DNA of 64,000 nt. It comes from Octopus sinensis. Its lineage: Eukaryota. The DNA lies in NCBI RefSeq assembly GCF_006345805.1, contig NC_043020.1, forward strand, positions 23,684,001 through 23,748,000, read 5' to 3'. Below, in pieces: positions 1 through 11,866 of the stretch (position 1 is its first letter; each line of letters starts with the position of its first letter). The position numbers were made by a program, and so were the translations under genes. The notes beneath the pieces are model-generated. The model was not told where the DNA came from and did no database searches. It saw only the letters and a program-made list of their open reading frames with translations.

Positions 1-573
1 GACTCCTCAAACAGAGGCCGAAAGAGGAAGGTGAGCAACAGTGGGTGCTCACCAAAAGATAATAGGGATGAGGAGAGGAAGGCGAATCTTCCAGCCACGG
101 AGGAGCGCACCCTCCCTCAGTTGAAAAGGGAATGTCGCGGAACTACGTCGGTTGGGATTGTGCCACCGACAAGAGAAGGAATACCGTTGGCGGAAACTGT
201 GCCGCCAACGAAAGAACTGAATGTATTGGTCCTCTTCTATAGAGGAGGAGAAATTGAAAAAGTGATGGAAGAGCACTACAAGGGAGCACCTTTAGCCTTC
301 ACACAGGACCCCGAATGGCCTCCGCAGGTAGCTGTGGAGGCCGTGGCGTTCGACGTGACGCTAGGGCTCAAGGAGCTCAATGAAGATTATAACTTGGTCC
401 CGGGCGACGCGAACTCGGAACTTGACTACGTTCTGAGGGAGGCGTGGTTGATGGTGGAGGCGCGGGCACAAGCTATTTCGAGGACGATATGTATATTAGT
501 AATGGACTTAAGTCCAAAAATGAAAAATTGTAAGAGGATTAATACCTCGTTTTGTATTAATAATGACTGCTAA
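1..573 (+). CDS. Open reading frame (open from base 1) of unknown product, probably a transposable-element ORF fragment
   Basis: Stop-free frame 1-570, GC-richer than the surroundings and not a simple-repeat translation; no domain recognised; its end runs into a local tandem duplication. Confidence 0.3.
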   Translation, partial: DSSNRGRKRKVSNSGCSPKDNRDEERKANLPATEERTLPQLKRECRGTTSVGIVPPTREGIPLAETVPPTKELNVLVLFYRGGEIEKVMEEHYKGAPLAFTQDPEWPPQVAVEAVAFDVTLGLKELNEDYNLVPGDANSELDYVLREAWLMVEARAQAISRTICILVMDLSPKMKNCKRINTSFCINNDC

Positions 574-618
574 GTCCAAAAATTGGAAAAATTGTAAGAG
601 GTTTAATACTCGTTTTGT
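509..618 (+). repeat. Two-copy direct repeat, period 62 bp
   Basis: taagtccaaaaat...attgtaagagg.ttaatac.tcgttttgt at 509 and again at 571. Confidence 0.85.
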
Positions 619-794
619 GTTTATCTTTTAAAAAGAACAATGTTTTAGAGAAGCAAAAGTCGGCGGGCGCTTTCTGTCTTCTCCCATCCTTATCATCTTT
701 CTTTCATTATCATTCACTTCATTAATGTCCTCGTCCAGTCCGCAAAGCTAACTTAATCTGTGTACTGCCTTTATGGCAAATGTTTTGAAATAAA

Positions 795-940
795 GTAGCT
801 TGCTTACTAACCACATGGTTCCGGGTTCAGTCCCAGTGCGTGGCACCTTGGGCAAGTGTCTTCTACTACAGCCTCTGGCCGACCAAAGCCTTGTGAGTGG
901 ATTTGGTAGACAGAAACTGAAAGAAGCCTGTCGTATATAT
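795..940 (+). mobile_element. Octopus-type tRNA-derived SINE, 5' module (family A, OR-like)
   Basis: ggttcagtccc...gcaccttgggcaagtgtcttctact...gtgagtggatttggtagac motif, repeated about 10 times in the window. Confidence 0.8.
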
Positions 941-941
941 G

Positions 942-1069
942 TATTCTATCGGTCTCTTTTTGCCGAACCGCTAAGTTACGGGGACGTAAACACACCAGCA
1001 TCGGTTGTCAAGCAATGTTGGGGGGACAAACACAGACGCACAAACGTATACACCACACCTACATATATA

Positions 1070-1114
<45 letters not shown>

Positions 1115-1176
1115 TGTCTGTGTGTGTGTGTGTGTGTGCGTATTTGTGTATACGTTTGTGCGTATATATACACACA

Positions 1177-1210
<34 letters not shown>

Positions 1211-1280
1211 TATATATTATATGTGTGTGTGGGGTGTGTGTTGTGTGCGTGTGTGTGTGTTACGTTTGTGCGTATATACA

Positions 1281-1350
<70 letters not shown>

Positions 1351-1586
1351 ATTATGTGTGTGTGTGTATACGTTTGTGCGTCTGTGTTTGTCCCCCCCAA
1401 CATTGCTTGACAACCGATGCTGGTGTGTTTACGTCCCCATAACTTAGCGGTTCGGCAAAAAGAGACCGATAGAATAAGTACTAGGCTTACAAAGAATAAG
1501 TCCTGGGGACGATTTGCTCGACTAAAGGCGGTGCTCCAGCATGGCCACAGTCAAATGACTGAAACAAGTAAAAGAGAGTAAAGAGT
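942..1586. mobile_element. Inverted pair of SINE 3' modules (family B) around a microsatellite; the right copy carries the full tail
   Basis: 942-1060 is the reverse complement of about 1360-1478; the right copy ends in cagtcaaatgactgaaacaagtaaaagag. Confidence 0.8.
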
Positions 1587-1589
1587 ATG

Positions 1590-2535
1590 CGCTCCATACC
1601 TTTTTTAACAGGTGAAAAGCGGTCCTTGCCTTACTTATTCTCGTCTTAATATCTTCGTCGGTGCCGTCTGAAAACGTTATCTTACTACCTAAATACGTAA
1701 ACTCGGTTACATCCTCTAGTTAACCGGTTTCTAGTTTAATACGTTCGCGGTTTTCTTCATTAATGTGCATAATTTTTGATTTGTCGCGGTTGACTTTCAA
1801 TCCTAGTTTGGCAGCTATTGCTTCTAATTTTGGCGGCGAGCTGGCAGACACGTTAGTGCGCCCGGCGAAATGCTTAGCGGAATCTCGTCTGTCGTTACGT
1901 TCTGAATTCAAATTCCGCCGAGGTCGACTTTACCTTTCATCCTTTCGGGGTCGATAAATAAAGTAACAGTTTCGTACTGGGGTCGATGTAATCAACTTAG
2001 TCCGTTTGTCTGTCCTTGTTTGTCCCCTCTGTGTTTAGCCCCTTGTCGGTAGTAAAGAAATAGGTATTTCGTCTGCCGTTACGTTCTGAGTTCAAATTAC
2101 GCCGAGGTTGACTTTGCCTTTCGTCCTTTCGGGGTCGATAAATAAAGTACCAGTTTCGCACTGGGGTCGATGTAATCGACTTAATCCGTTTGTCTGTCCT
2201 TGTTTGTTCCCTCTCTCTTTAGCCCCTTGTGGGCAATAAAGAAATATGTTGCTTCTAATTTTGACATTTTATTTTGCATTTGGCTATATGTTTGTGAAAG
2301 CAGCGCCATATCATCTGCAAAGTCGAGATCTTCTAGAGCTTCTGCATCCGTCCATTCAATGCCTGTTTGGCTTTCACTCGTAGTTTCCTTCATAATCCAA
2401 TCTATAACTAGTAGAAATAAAAAGGGAGTAAGTATACAGCCCTGTCGATCTCCTGTCTTTACTTCGAATTTATCCGTAGCTCCGTTTCCATGCAAGACTT
2501 GGCATGAAATTCCTTGGTAAGTTGCTGTTATTGGT
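1590..2535 (-). pseudogene. RTE-clade LINE reverse transcriptase fragment (inverted part), interrupted by a SINE
   Basis: Minus-strand translation TYQGISCQVLHG..FEVKTGDRQGCILTPFLFLLVIDWIM..LEDLDFADDMALLS..KMSKLEA, continuing after the SINE as IAAKLGLKVNRDKSKIMHIN..LEDVTEFTYLGSKI..DEDIKTRISKARTAFHLLKKVW. Confidence 0.9.
1833..2248 (+). mobile_element. Dimeric tRNA-derived SINE (family M, Meta-domain-like) with a 15-bp TSD
   Basis: TSD ttgcttctaattttg at 1818-1832 and 2249-2263; head ggcggcgagctggcag; body gactttgcctttcatcctttcggggtcgataaa present twice. Confidence 0.9.
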
Positions 2536-2965
2536 ATTTTTGTATGGGGCTGAGACATGGCGAACAACAGTTAAGTCAAATAAGCAAATATAATCATCCA
2601 TCAACAGATGCTTGTGAAGTATACTTAAAACTAGATGGTCCGAACACATAAGCAATATGGAGCTATAGCAAAGAACAAATCAAGTTTCGCTTAGGGAGCA
2701 AATATTTAAGAAAAAGTGGAAGTGGATTGGTAGCACAATTAGAAAAGACACACCAAATGTAGCGAAAAGTGCTTTATAGTAGAATCCGGATAGATATAGA
2801 AAGAGAGGTAGGCCTAAGAACTCGTTGCAGAGATCAACACAAAAGTAACTAGAGAAAGGGGGACATTCATGGCAGAGTATTAGTAAAGAAGCCCCAAATT
2901 ATGCAACATGGAATTCAACTGTAAGTGGCTTATACTCTACGTTGGAGGATTAAAGGCAGGAAAAA
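2536..2965 (+). pseudogene. 3' end of the same RTE LINE ORF (non-inverted part)
   Basis: Plus-strand translation with stops: FLYGAETWRTT..INRCL*SILKTRWSEHISNMEL*QRTNQ..KWKWIGSTIRK..AL**NPDRYRKRGRPKNSLQR..W..VSGLYST. Confidence 0.9.
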
Positions 2966-2984
2966 AAAGCATTATTTATTTCAA

Positions 2985-3120
2985 TGAATTGTGCCAGCAG
3001 GCAGAATCATTGACGCATCGGACAAAACACTTTGCAGTGTTTCACCCGGTTCTTTATGCTCTCGATTTCAAACCCAACCGGGGTCAAATTTGTCTTTCAT
3101 CCTTTCGAAGCCGATAAAAA
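2985..3120 (+). mobile_element. Degraded family-M SINE
   Basis: Remnant head and tttgtctttcatcctttcgaagccgataaaa motif. Confidence 0.55.
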
Positions 3121-3242
3121 TATAATATGATACCTGTCTTATATTGATGTCCACATTATCGATTAACCCTATCTCTCTTCACAACTGCCGGCATTGTGCT
3201 AAAATCAAGAAAGTATGGCTTAAAAATAACATAAAAACAAAT

Positions 3243-3630
3243 ACTCTTTTCTCTTTTATTTGTTTCAGTCATTTGACTGCGGCCATGCTGGAGCACCGCC
3301 TTTAATCGAGCAACTCGACCTAGGGACTTATTCTTTGTAAGCCCAGTACTTATTCTATCGGTCTCTTTTGCTGAACCGCTAAGTAACGGGGACATACACA
3401 CACCAGCATCGGTTGTCAAGCAATGCTAGGGGGACAAACACACACACGCATATATATATATATATATTATATACGACGGGCTTCTTTCAGTTTCCGTGTA
3501 CCAAATCCACTCCCAAGGCTTTGGTCGGCCCGAGGCTATAGTAGAAGTCACTTGCCCAAGGTGCCATGCAGTGGGACTGAACCCGGAACCATGTGGTTGG
3601 TAAACAAGCTACTTACCAGACAGCCACTCC
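3243..3630 (-). mobile_element. Full composite SINE (module A + internal microsatellite + module B)
   Basis: Tail at 3243, B body, (CA)/(AT) core, A module ending cagccactcc; same architecture at 38457-38870, 48203-48480 and 51454-51725. Confidence 0.85.
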
Positions 3631-4077
3631 TGATTTAAATTCTTTTATAATTCACTGGGATCTGATGGAAACGTTTTGTTGACAGCATATTAATACATAA
3701 AACTGAGAGTCAGACGAAAAGGAAAAGAAAGACAAAAACGACACATAAATATTCATTAGTATTCATACTAAGAAATGATGACGCTGACGAAAGAATACAA
3801 AAGAAGAAAAGAGAGCTGAACAAAAAACAATAGTAGGAAGATGAATAATATATAAATAAATACATAAAATTATAAAAAGAACAAGGAACAAATGAATAGA
3901 TCTTCATCGAGGTTATTGGACACTAAGCGTGATGGCCTTCATTGCTATTCGTCACTTGTCGGCATTAATAAACTGTGTTGCCTACAACAGTGATTAAGTG
4001 GTTACCACTGTCTAAACAAGACGACTTCTGTTAAGCTTGTTAATAGCTGTTTGACAGTAATTGATATTTGCCACAAG

Positions 4078-4078
<1 letters not shown>

Positions 4079-4111
<33 letters not shown>

Positions 4112-4392
4112 ATATATATATATATATATATATAGTTGTGTGTGTATGTGTGTATGTGTGTTTGTGTGTATATATAAATATATGTGTGTGAGTCTGTATA
4201 TATTATATATGTATATATATATACATATATATATATACACACAATATATTATACATATATATATATACATATATATACATATATATATATATACATATAT
4301 ATAAATATATACATATATATATTATATATACACAAATATATATATATAACACACACACACACACATATATATATACATATATATATACATAT

Positions 4393-4447
<55 letters not shown>
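4079..4447. repeat. Compound (AT)n/(GT)n/(CA)n microsatellite, representative of dozens in the window
   Basis: Direct reading of the sequence. Confidence 0.95.
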
Positions 4448-4793
4448 AATATAATCAAAAAAGGGTAATAACATAGATTACTACCAGTGGCCCAGCACAA
4501 AAGACGAATTGGTCATTAGACAAAATATTATTCATATAGAAATATAATTAAGGGCTCCTAAATAAGGATGCCAAGTGCTATGGACACAAAAAAGGATAAA
4601 TTCATCGAGAGTGAAAATCGAAAACATTTACCATTAACGATATATCCCGGACTGATCAGTTTCTACCTCTTTCTAGCAAAACAGACAGAATATGTTTGCT
4701 AAGGCCGGTTTCATCAGCGAGACGCCTTTGTTAAATCGAGATGCACAGAGCGTTAGACCATGTGTTGATCTAAACAACTTGTAAATCTTAACT

Positions 4794-4840
<47 letters not shown>

Positions 4841-5219
4841 CATATGTATATATGTATGTATTATGTATGTATATATGTATGTTTGTGTCTGTGTGTGCGT
4901 GCAGAATTTACTGTTCGCTTATTGCTTGGACCAACGAGAAAATGATTCCATCCAATGAGAGGTGTATATCATTTATTGTGCACAATATTAAAAATTTGAA
5001 CTACTAACCGCTCCACGATTTAGAAACGCAATAAAATGACGATCTTTTATAGTATAACTTATGTTTCCAAGTAAACGTTTCACACAGAAATATACAACAT
5101 GGCTGGTCGTTTTTGAAAAAAAAAAAGGCCCAAAAAACTAATTATAGAGAAGTAAGGTATCTTTACTTTCAAGCCACAGTTAGCCAAAGCATTATTGTAG
5201 TAGGGGTACCTTGTCGAAT

Positions 5220-5529
5220 GTGGAGGCACATGGCCTAGTGGTTAGAGCAGTGGACTCGCGGTCGAGGGATCGCAGGTTCGAATCTCATACCGGGTGATAT
5301 GTGTGTTTATAAGCGAAAAACACCTAAGCTCCACGCGGCTCCAGCAGAAGGTAATGGCGAACTTCTGCTGACCCTTTCGCCACAACTTTCTCTCACTCTT
5401 TCCTCCTGCATCTAGCAGCTCACCTGCGACAGACAGGCGTCCCGTCCAGGTGGGGAACCTATACGCCAAGGAAACCGGGAAACCGGCCCTTATGAGCCAG
5501 GCATGCCTCGAGAAGAAAAGAAAAAAAGA
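5220..5529 (+). mobile_element. tRNA-derived SINE (family K, OK-like) with a 12-bp TSD
   Basis: A-box tggcctagtggttag, B-box ggttcgaatc, A-rich tail; TSD accttgtcgaat at 5208-5219 and 5530-5541. Confidence 0.9.
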
Positions 5530-5634
5530 ACCTTGTCGAATACTTCCTCAGAAGAGGAAGAGGAGGTGGAGAGATTAGAGATCCTATTGCTGATAGACCG
5601 AACACAAATTTCGGTCTAGGAAAGTATATAAGAA

Positions 5635-5810
5635 ATATATTATATAAAATCCGTTCTGTCTGTGTTTTCTAGGATCTCGGGCATCCTCCATCCGATTGCG
5701 CTCAAATTTGATATGTAGATACCGACGGTATCAGGGCGTGTATAAGTCTTGAAAAAATTACAAAAATCGATTCCAGGTGAGAATGTGATCGATAAAACAT
5801 TCTTTGGAAT
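5635..5810 (+). mobile_element. Degenerate Helitron-like 5' segment
   Basis: tatataaaatcc..ctgtctgtg..atctcggg..ccgatt..aaatttg layout resembling the 5' parts of the other non-autonomous Helitrons here; no 3' end found. Confidence 0.35.
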
Positions 5811-5867
5811 ATAAAAAAAGTGTATCTTTATTTCTTCTTTTGCTGGTGTCTCAAATTTAGGTTAAAT

Positions 5868-5930
5868 CAGTGTTTCTCAAAGGGGAGGCCCATGGGACGG
5901 TCGGACAAGTTGTTTTGGGAAACTTTGGTT
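5868..5930. mobile_element. Isolated hAT-type terminal inverted repeat end
   Basis: cagtgtttctcaaa.gggg start, like the termini at 7022 and 60359. Confidence 0.5.
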
Positions 5931-5989
5931 TAAATATTTGACAACTCAGCACTGTCCATTGGACGGGAGCCGTTTTGCTCGTCAACTTA

Positions 5990-6570
5990 TATACTGAGAG
6001 TCTGAAAGAGTGTTTTGGAACATAAAGCATGCTGTACAAGCTCATAAGTTACTGACCAGCTTGTACACTCCAATCTCTTTCAGTCTTTTAGGTAATATTT
6101 TGGGAGTTGTGGCAAGGGAGCTAATTAGGAGTAATTGTCTTAGTCTTGCATGATCCCTTCAGCTCTCTGGTTAGATACTGACATTTCTCAATTTCGTTTT
6201 CTCATAAAGAATTGAGAAATCTATGATCTTACACTGTCCGTTTATTTTGTCCTCTGTTTTGTCATCTTGTTTCATTAGTATCGCCAGTCTCACAAGATCC
6301 TGAAGTTCTCATTTTCTATCACAACCTCTGGTTCGTGTTCATCTGACTTTTCTGTAATTTTGAAACCACAAGCTCATCTAACATCCAAATGCATTCTTTT
6401 TCCTGTGCTTATACTCCTTTTGCGCTAGTATACTGCACTCACTCATAAAGGTCCAAATTTAACATTTACTATCTCAATGAGTTTTCTTGATTTTTACCTT
6501 TATCATATTTGTTCGAATGACTTCTTCCTGAGCGGATATGATTAACGCTTCGGTCTTCCGTTTCAATTTC
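5990..6570 (-). pseudogene. R4/Dong-like non-LTR retrotransposon C-terminus (restriction-like endonuclease region), degraded
   Basis: Minus-strand translation KLKRKTEALIISAQEEVIRTNMIKVKI..DSKC..SECSILAQKEYKHR..EHEPEVVIENENFRIL*D..QCKIIDFSI..PKRLKEIG, with stops and frameshifts. Confidence 0.75.
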
Positions 6571-7021
6571 CGATCCGTCAGCCAGATCTAGCGACCTTTA
6601 CTTCCATTTCCGATTTTAGGTAAAACGCCACAGGAACCTAAACGTTACGATTTCAGTATTACATACATTTATGAATACGTAAGTTGTAAACCTATATGAG
6701 TGTTAAATATGGTCTTTCTATGGTAACTCTCTCGATTTTAACATACAGCAATCATAAATGAAGTAATTGGCTAAACGAGTACAATTTCCAAAGCTTATAA
6801 ATCTATAAATACGTTTATTTTTAACATGTTTTAAATATTCAAATAAGAAATATAAATTTAAAGTGACCTTTTACTGATTTTGGTAATGTCTTTAACAATA
6901 TTAGAATAAATATGATACTTTTATATATAGAAAAATGTATATATTATGCAAAATCAAGAAAAAATTCCCGAAGAACGACTTAATGACCTCAAAGACCACA
7001 TGAACCCCTCAAATTCTAGAC

Positions 7022-7369
7022 CAGTGATTCTCAACCGGGGTCTATATGGCTCCCGAGTCCTATATAAGATTTTTTGGGTTCTTCACAGCAAAACAGAAAA
7101 TTCGGGATTCACAATAATATTTTAAGCACCTCTGAAAATATTTTTCTTTAGATGTATGTATTGGTATATATGCCAAGAAACAGCCCGGTTTCTTCCTCTA
7201 AAATTTTACGAAGTTCAACCGACACAAAATGATGTATGAAAAACAAAGTGGAGATTTTTAAAAAGATTTCTATAAAACTAGTTTTTAGACATCGAATGGC
7301 TATTAGGGTCCGCCATAATAAATTAGTAATCAAAGGGACCCATAGACAAAGAATGGTTGAGTACCCCTA
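7022..7369. mobile_element. hAT (Charlie-type) MITE
   Basis: TIRs cagtgattctcaacc / ggttgagtaccccta; flanking 8-mers ttctagac and ctctaggg fit the NTCTAGAN target preference. Confidence 0.7.
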
Positions 7370-8335
7370 CTCTAGGGGTATAAAATAAAATAACTAGGGG
7401 TATAAAATAACTTGGTGCATAAAATATCTATAAAATAACTAGGGGTATAGCTATAAAATAACTAGGGGTATAAATATAAAATAACTAGGGGTATACATAT
7501 AAAATATAAACTAGGGGTATGAATATAAAATATAAAATAACTAGGGGTATAAAATAAAATAACTAGGGGTATAAATATAAAATATAAACTAGGGGTATGA
7601 ATATAAAATATAAAATAACTAGGGGTATAAAATAAAATAACTAGGGGTATACATATAAAATATAAACTAGGGGTATGAATATAAAATATAAAATAACTAG
7701 GGGTATAAAATAAAATAACTAGGGGTATAAATATAAAATATAAACTAAGGGCATGAATATAAAATATAAAATAACTAGGGGTATAAAATAAAATAACTAG
7801 GGGTATAAATATAAAATATAAACTAGGAGTATGAATATAAAATATAAAATAACTAGGGGTATAAAATAAAATAACTAGGGGTATAAATATAAAATATAAA
7901 CTAGGGGTATGAATATAAAATATAAAATAACTAGGGGTATAAAATAAAATAACTAGGGGTATACATATAAAATATAAACTAGGGGTATGAATATAAAATA
8001 TAAAATAACTAGGGGTATAAAATAAAATAACTAGGGGTATAAATATAAAATATAAACTAGGGGTATGAATATAAAATATAAAATAACTAGGGGTATAAAA
8101 TAAAATAACTAGGGGTATAAATATAAAATATAAACTAGGGGTATAAATATAAAATATAAAATAACTAGGGGTATAAAATAAAATAACTAAGGGTATAAAT
8201 ATAAAACATAAAATAACTTGGGGTATAAAATAAAATAACTAGGGGTATAAATATAAAATATAAACTAGGAGTATAAATATAAAATATAAAATAACTAGGG
8301 GTATAAAATAATTAGGGGTGTAAAATAAAATAACT
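7370..8335 (+). repeat. Minisatellite with a 78-bp higher-order repeat made of 22+26+30-bp monomers, core aactaggggtat
   Basis: The diagnostic ctaggggtatg variant recurs at 7511, 7589, 7667, 7745, 7823, 7901, 7979 and 8057 (78-bp spacing). Confidence 0.95.
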
Positions 8336-8999
8336 CCAGACATACAATGTAGGTGTATATTGTAGAACAAAACTACTGGGCGCCGTTGTTTTGATGCTGG
8401 CGATTAGGCACAGCTGACAACATATTGAGAAAATTTTGGTGACACTGATTTTGTAACCGGGGACAAACGCGCGCAGAAATATACGCATACAGATAGATAC
8501 ACAGATAGATAGATAGATAATTAAGCACGAACGACATAAACACTTCGTTTCTTCTCATACACATCAAGATAAACATACTCAAGCATATAAACAAAGAGAG
8601 AAGGAGATTCTATGACAGATTAACTGTGACAGTGGAATCGATTTGTTAGAAATTGTATTCCATTGAAATAATGAGTAGAATAAGGAAATAATCAAAATGG
8701 CGCATAACATGCCTTCAATAAATTATGAATATCCTCGCATCGATCAATCATGAATAGACTAACAGAGTTCAACAATGTTGAACGATGTTTTATTTACTTC
8801 AATAATAGCAATGGGGATAATTCGAATTCAAAATGTAGAATAGTCCCATTTGTGAAGTTTATATATGAATATGTATGTACGTATCTCTCTCCCCTCTCTC
8901 TCTATATATATATACATATATATATATATGTATATGCATGTGTATCTATACGTGTGTATATATATATATATTTCCTTTCGTAACATATTTCTACTATAT

Positions 9000-9036
<37 letters not shown>

Positions 9037-9068
9037 GTATACACACTCACTCACACACACACACACAC

Positions 9069-9145
<77 letters not shown>

Positions 9146-9554
9146 CTACAAATTGAGATAGGGGTTGTAAATGCAACCCTCCATGGGATAATATATATCT
9201 AATATACTGCTAGTGGAGTACCCAACAAAGTTAATACATAAATGTTAATGATTGAGATGCAATCAATTCATTTACTGTATTATATGGGCAAAGGTAAAAT
9301 GATTTACCACAAATTACTAATACAAGATAAGAAAATGGAGAAATACATCTAAATCAAATATCAATTACCAGATAATACTCAATCACATACTTTATTAAAC
9401 CACCACATAAGAGACTGTAGGGTTAGATATAAAAAGCAGAACAAATCAGTGTACATAAAGGAATGTACATAAAAAGTAATGTTGTATAATAAGTAGAATA
9501 TATATAAAAGAGAATATAAATATAAGAAAATATAAAAATATAAGTATAGATTAT

Positions 9555-9681
9555 ATCTTACAGCTGTTTCGGCCATGTAGATAAGTATGTCTCATTTTAC
9601 CAATATTAGCCCTTTATGGTAGGTCAATATATAGATATAAATGAGACATTTACAAAAATATCACAAGGCCTCTTCGGAGAT
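9555..9681 (-). ncRNA. Type I hammerhead ribozyme motif (U4C core variant, extended stem II)
   Basis: Minus strand: atct-CCGAAGA-ggcc[long insert with atgtctcattt/aaatgagacat hairpin]ggcc-GAAAC-agct-GTA|agat. Confidence 0.7.
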
Positions 9682-10171
9682 TATGTAATATAAAACAATA
9701 TACATATATACCCACATGGGTGTGGGTGCATACCCATAATAAAACATATACATATACATATGAGTGCATATACTCACACTCCTATACATATAAAAATATA
9801 CATATACATAATGATATAAGTAAATAATATAAATTAGTAAATATATATATGTATTCAACATCCAATGTCTCAGTTTTTCGATTTAATATTGTGATAATAA
9901 ACATACACAAATTAGTACCTAGATGCAAATATACATAGTCAATAATACATTATATTGCTTCATACTAATTTCTAAAGTGTCATTAAAGTTAGCATGGTAT
10001 TGACAACGATAATGATGCATATATATGCACATACACACATATGCATGTATACCGCGGCTCTCAGCAAAATATATCTCAGATATAACAATTATATATAATA
10101 TATATATGCATAAACACACACACGCACAACACACACGCGCGCACACACACACACACACCACACACACAAAT

Positions 10172-10225
<54 letters not shown>

Positions 10226-10645
10226 ATATATATATATCTACAAATTGAGATAGGGGTTGTAAATGCAACCCTCCATGGGATAATATATATCTAATATACT
10301 GCTAGTGGAGTACCCAACAAAGTTAATACATAAATGTTAATGATTGAGATGCAATCAATTCATTTACTGTATTATATGGGCAAAGGTAAAATGATTTACC
10401 ACAAATTACTAATACAAGATAAGAAAATGGAGAAATACATCTAAATCAAATATCAATTACCAGATAATACTCAATCACATACTTTATTAAACCACCACAT
10501 AAGAGACTGTAGGGTTGATATAAAAAGCAGAACAAATCAGTGTACATAAAGGAATGTACATAAAAAGTAATGTTGTATAATAAGTAGAATATATATAAAA
10601 GAGAATATAAATATAAGAAAATATAAAAATATAAGTATAGATTAT

Positions 10646-10771
10646 ATCTTACAGCTGTTTCGGCCATGTAGATAAGTATGTCTCATTTTACCAATATTAG
10701 CCCTTTATGGTAGGTCAATATATAGATATAAATGAGACATTTACAAAAATATCACAAGCCTCTTCGGAGAT
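10646..10771 (-). ncRNA. Second copy of the type I hammerhead motif
   Basis: Same layout as 9555-9681 with one base missing in stem II; predicted cleavage sites 1091 nt apart. Confidence 0.65.
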
Positions 10772-11215
10772 TATGTAATATAAAACAATATACATATATA
10801 CCCACATGGGTGGGGGTGCATACCCATAATAAAACATATACATATACATATGAGTGCATATACTCACACTCCTAAATATAAAAATATACATATACATAAT
10901 GATATAAGTAAATAATATAAATTAGTAAATATATATATGTATTCAACATCCAATGTCTCAGTTTTTCGATTTAATATTGTGATAATAAACATACACAAAT
11001 TAGTACCTAGATGCAAATATACATAGTCAATAATACATTATATTGCTTCATACTAATTTCTAAAGTGTCATTAAAGTTAGCATGGTATTGACAACGATAA
11101 TGATGCATATATATGCACATACACACATATGCATGTATACCGCGGCTCTCAGCAAAATATATCTCAGATATAACAATTATATATAAATATATATATGCAT
11201 AAACACACACACGCA

Positions 11216-11263
<48 letters not shown>

Positions 11264-11705
11264 TATATATATATATATGTGTGTGTAGAAGTTGAAAAAG
11301 AGTATAGGAGTTGATATGTATAGAGAAAATAAGACACGGTAGAAAATGCTAAAATAATTTTATACCCGGAACCATGTGGTTGAGAAGCAAGCTTCTTACC
11401 ACACAGCCACTCCTGCGCCTATTTTATGTATATATATATAGTTCTTAGACATCGAATGGCTATATTTATATATACGTATGTATATTACTATCTATGCGTG
11501 CATGCATGTGTGTATTCCAAAGAGTCGCGTCGCTTTTTTTTTGCTAGCGGTAAGATGTCTCACTCGCTGTATATGTGTCGTCACGTTTTGCCTATTTACA
11601 TATCTGCATCTATTTACCTATCTATCTTCTGTCCATTAGGATTTTTCTTATGTGTTTTTGCTGGCGTTCCACAAATACAAATACAAATGTAAAGAAATAC
11701 GTATA

Positions 11706-11764
<59 letters not shown>

Positions 11765-11819
11765 GTGTGTGTGTGTATATATATATACATTAATATGTAT
11801 ATATGTATGTATATGATGC

Positions 11820-11866
<47 letters not shown>

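Larger units (their letters stand above)
9050..11275. repeat. Two-copy tandem duplication, period about 1.09 kb, each unit carrying a hammerhead motif
   Basis: ctacaaattgagataggggttg at 9146 and 10238; units near-identical, differing mainly by 1-2 bp indels and microsatellite length. Confidence 0.95.

Noticed and set aside
5220-5295. tRNA-like heads (also 25780-25850, 63640-63715, 1833-1925)
   Set aside because: A/B boxes are present but there is no complete cloverleaf; they continue into SINE bodies bounded by TSDs
7370-8335. Array with a constant core and variable linkers, possibly CRISPR-like or telomeric
   Set aside because: Linkers are periodic A/T variants forming a 78-bp higher-order repeat, not unique spacers; the core is CTAGGGG, not TTAGGG
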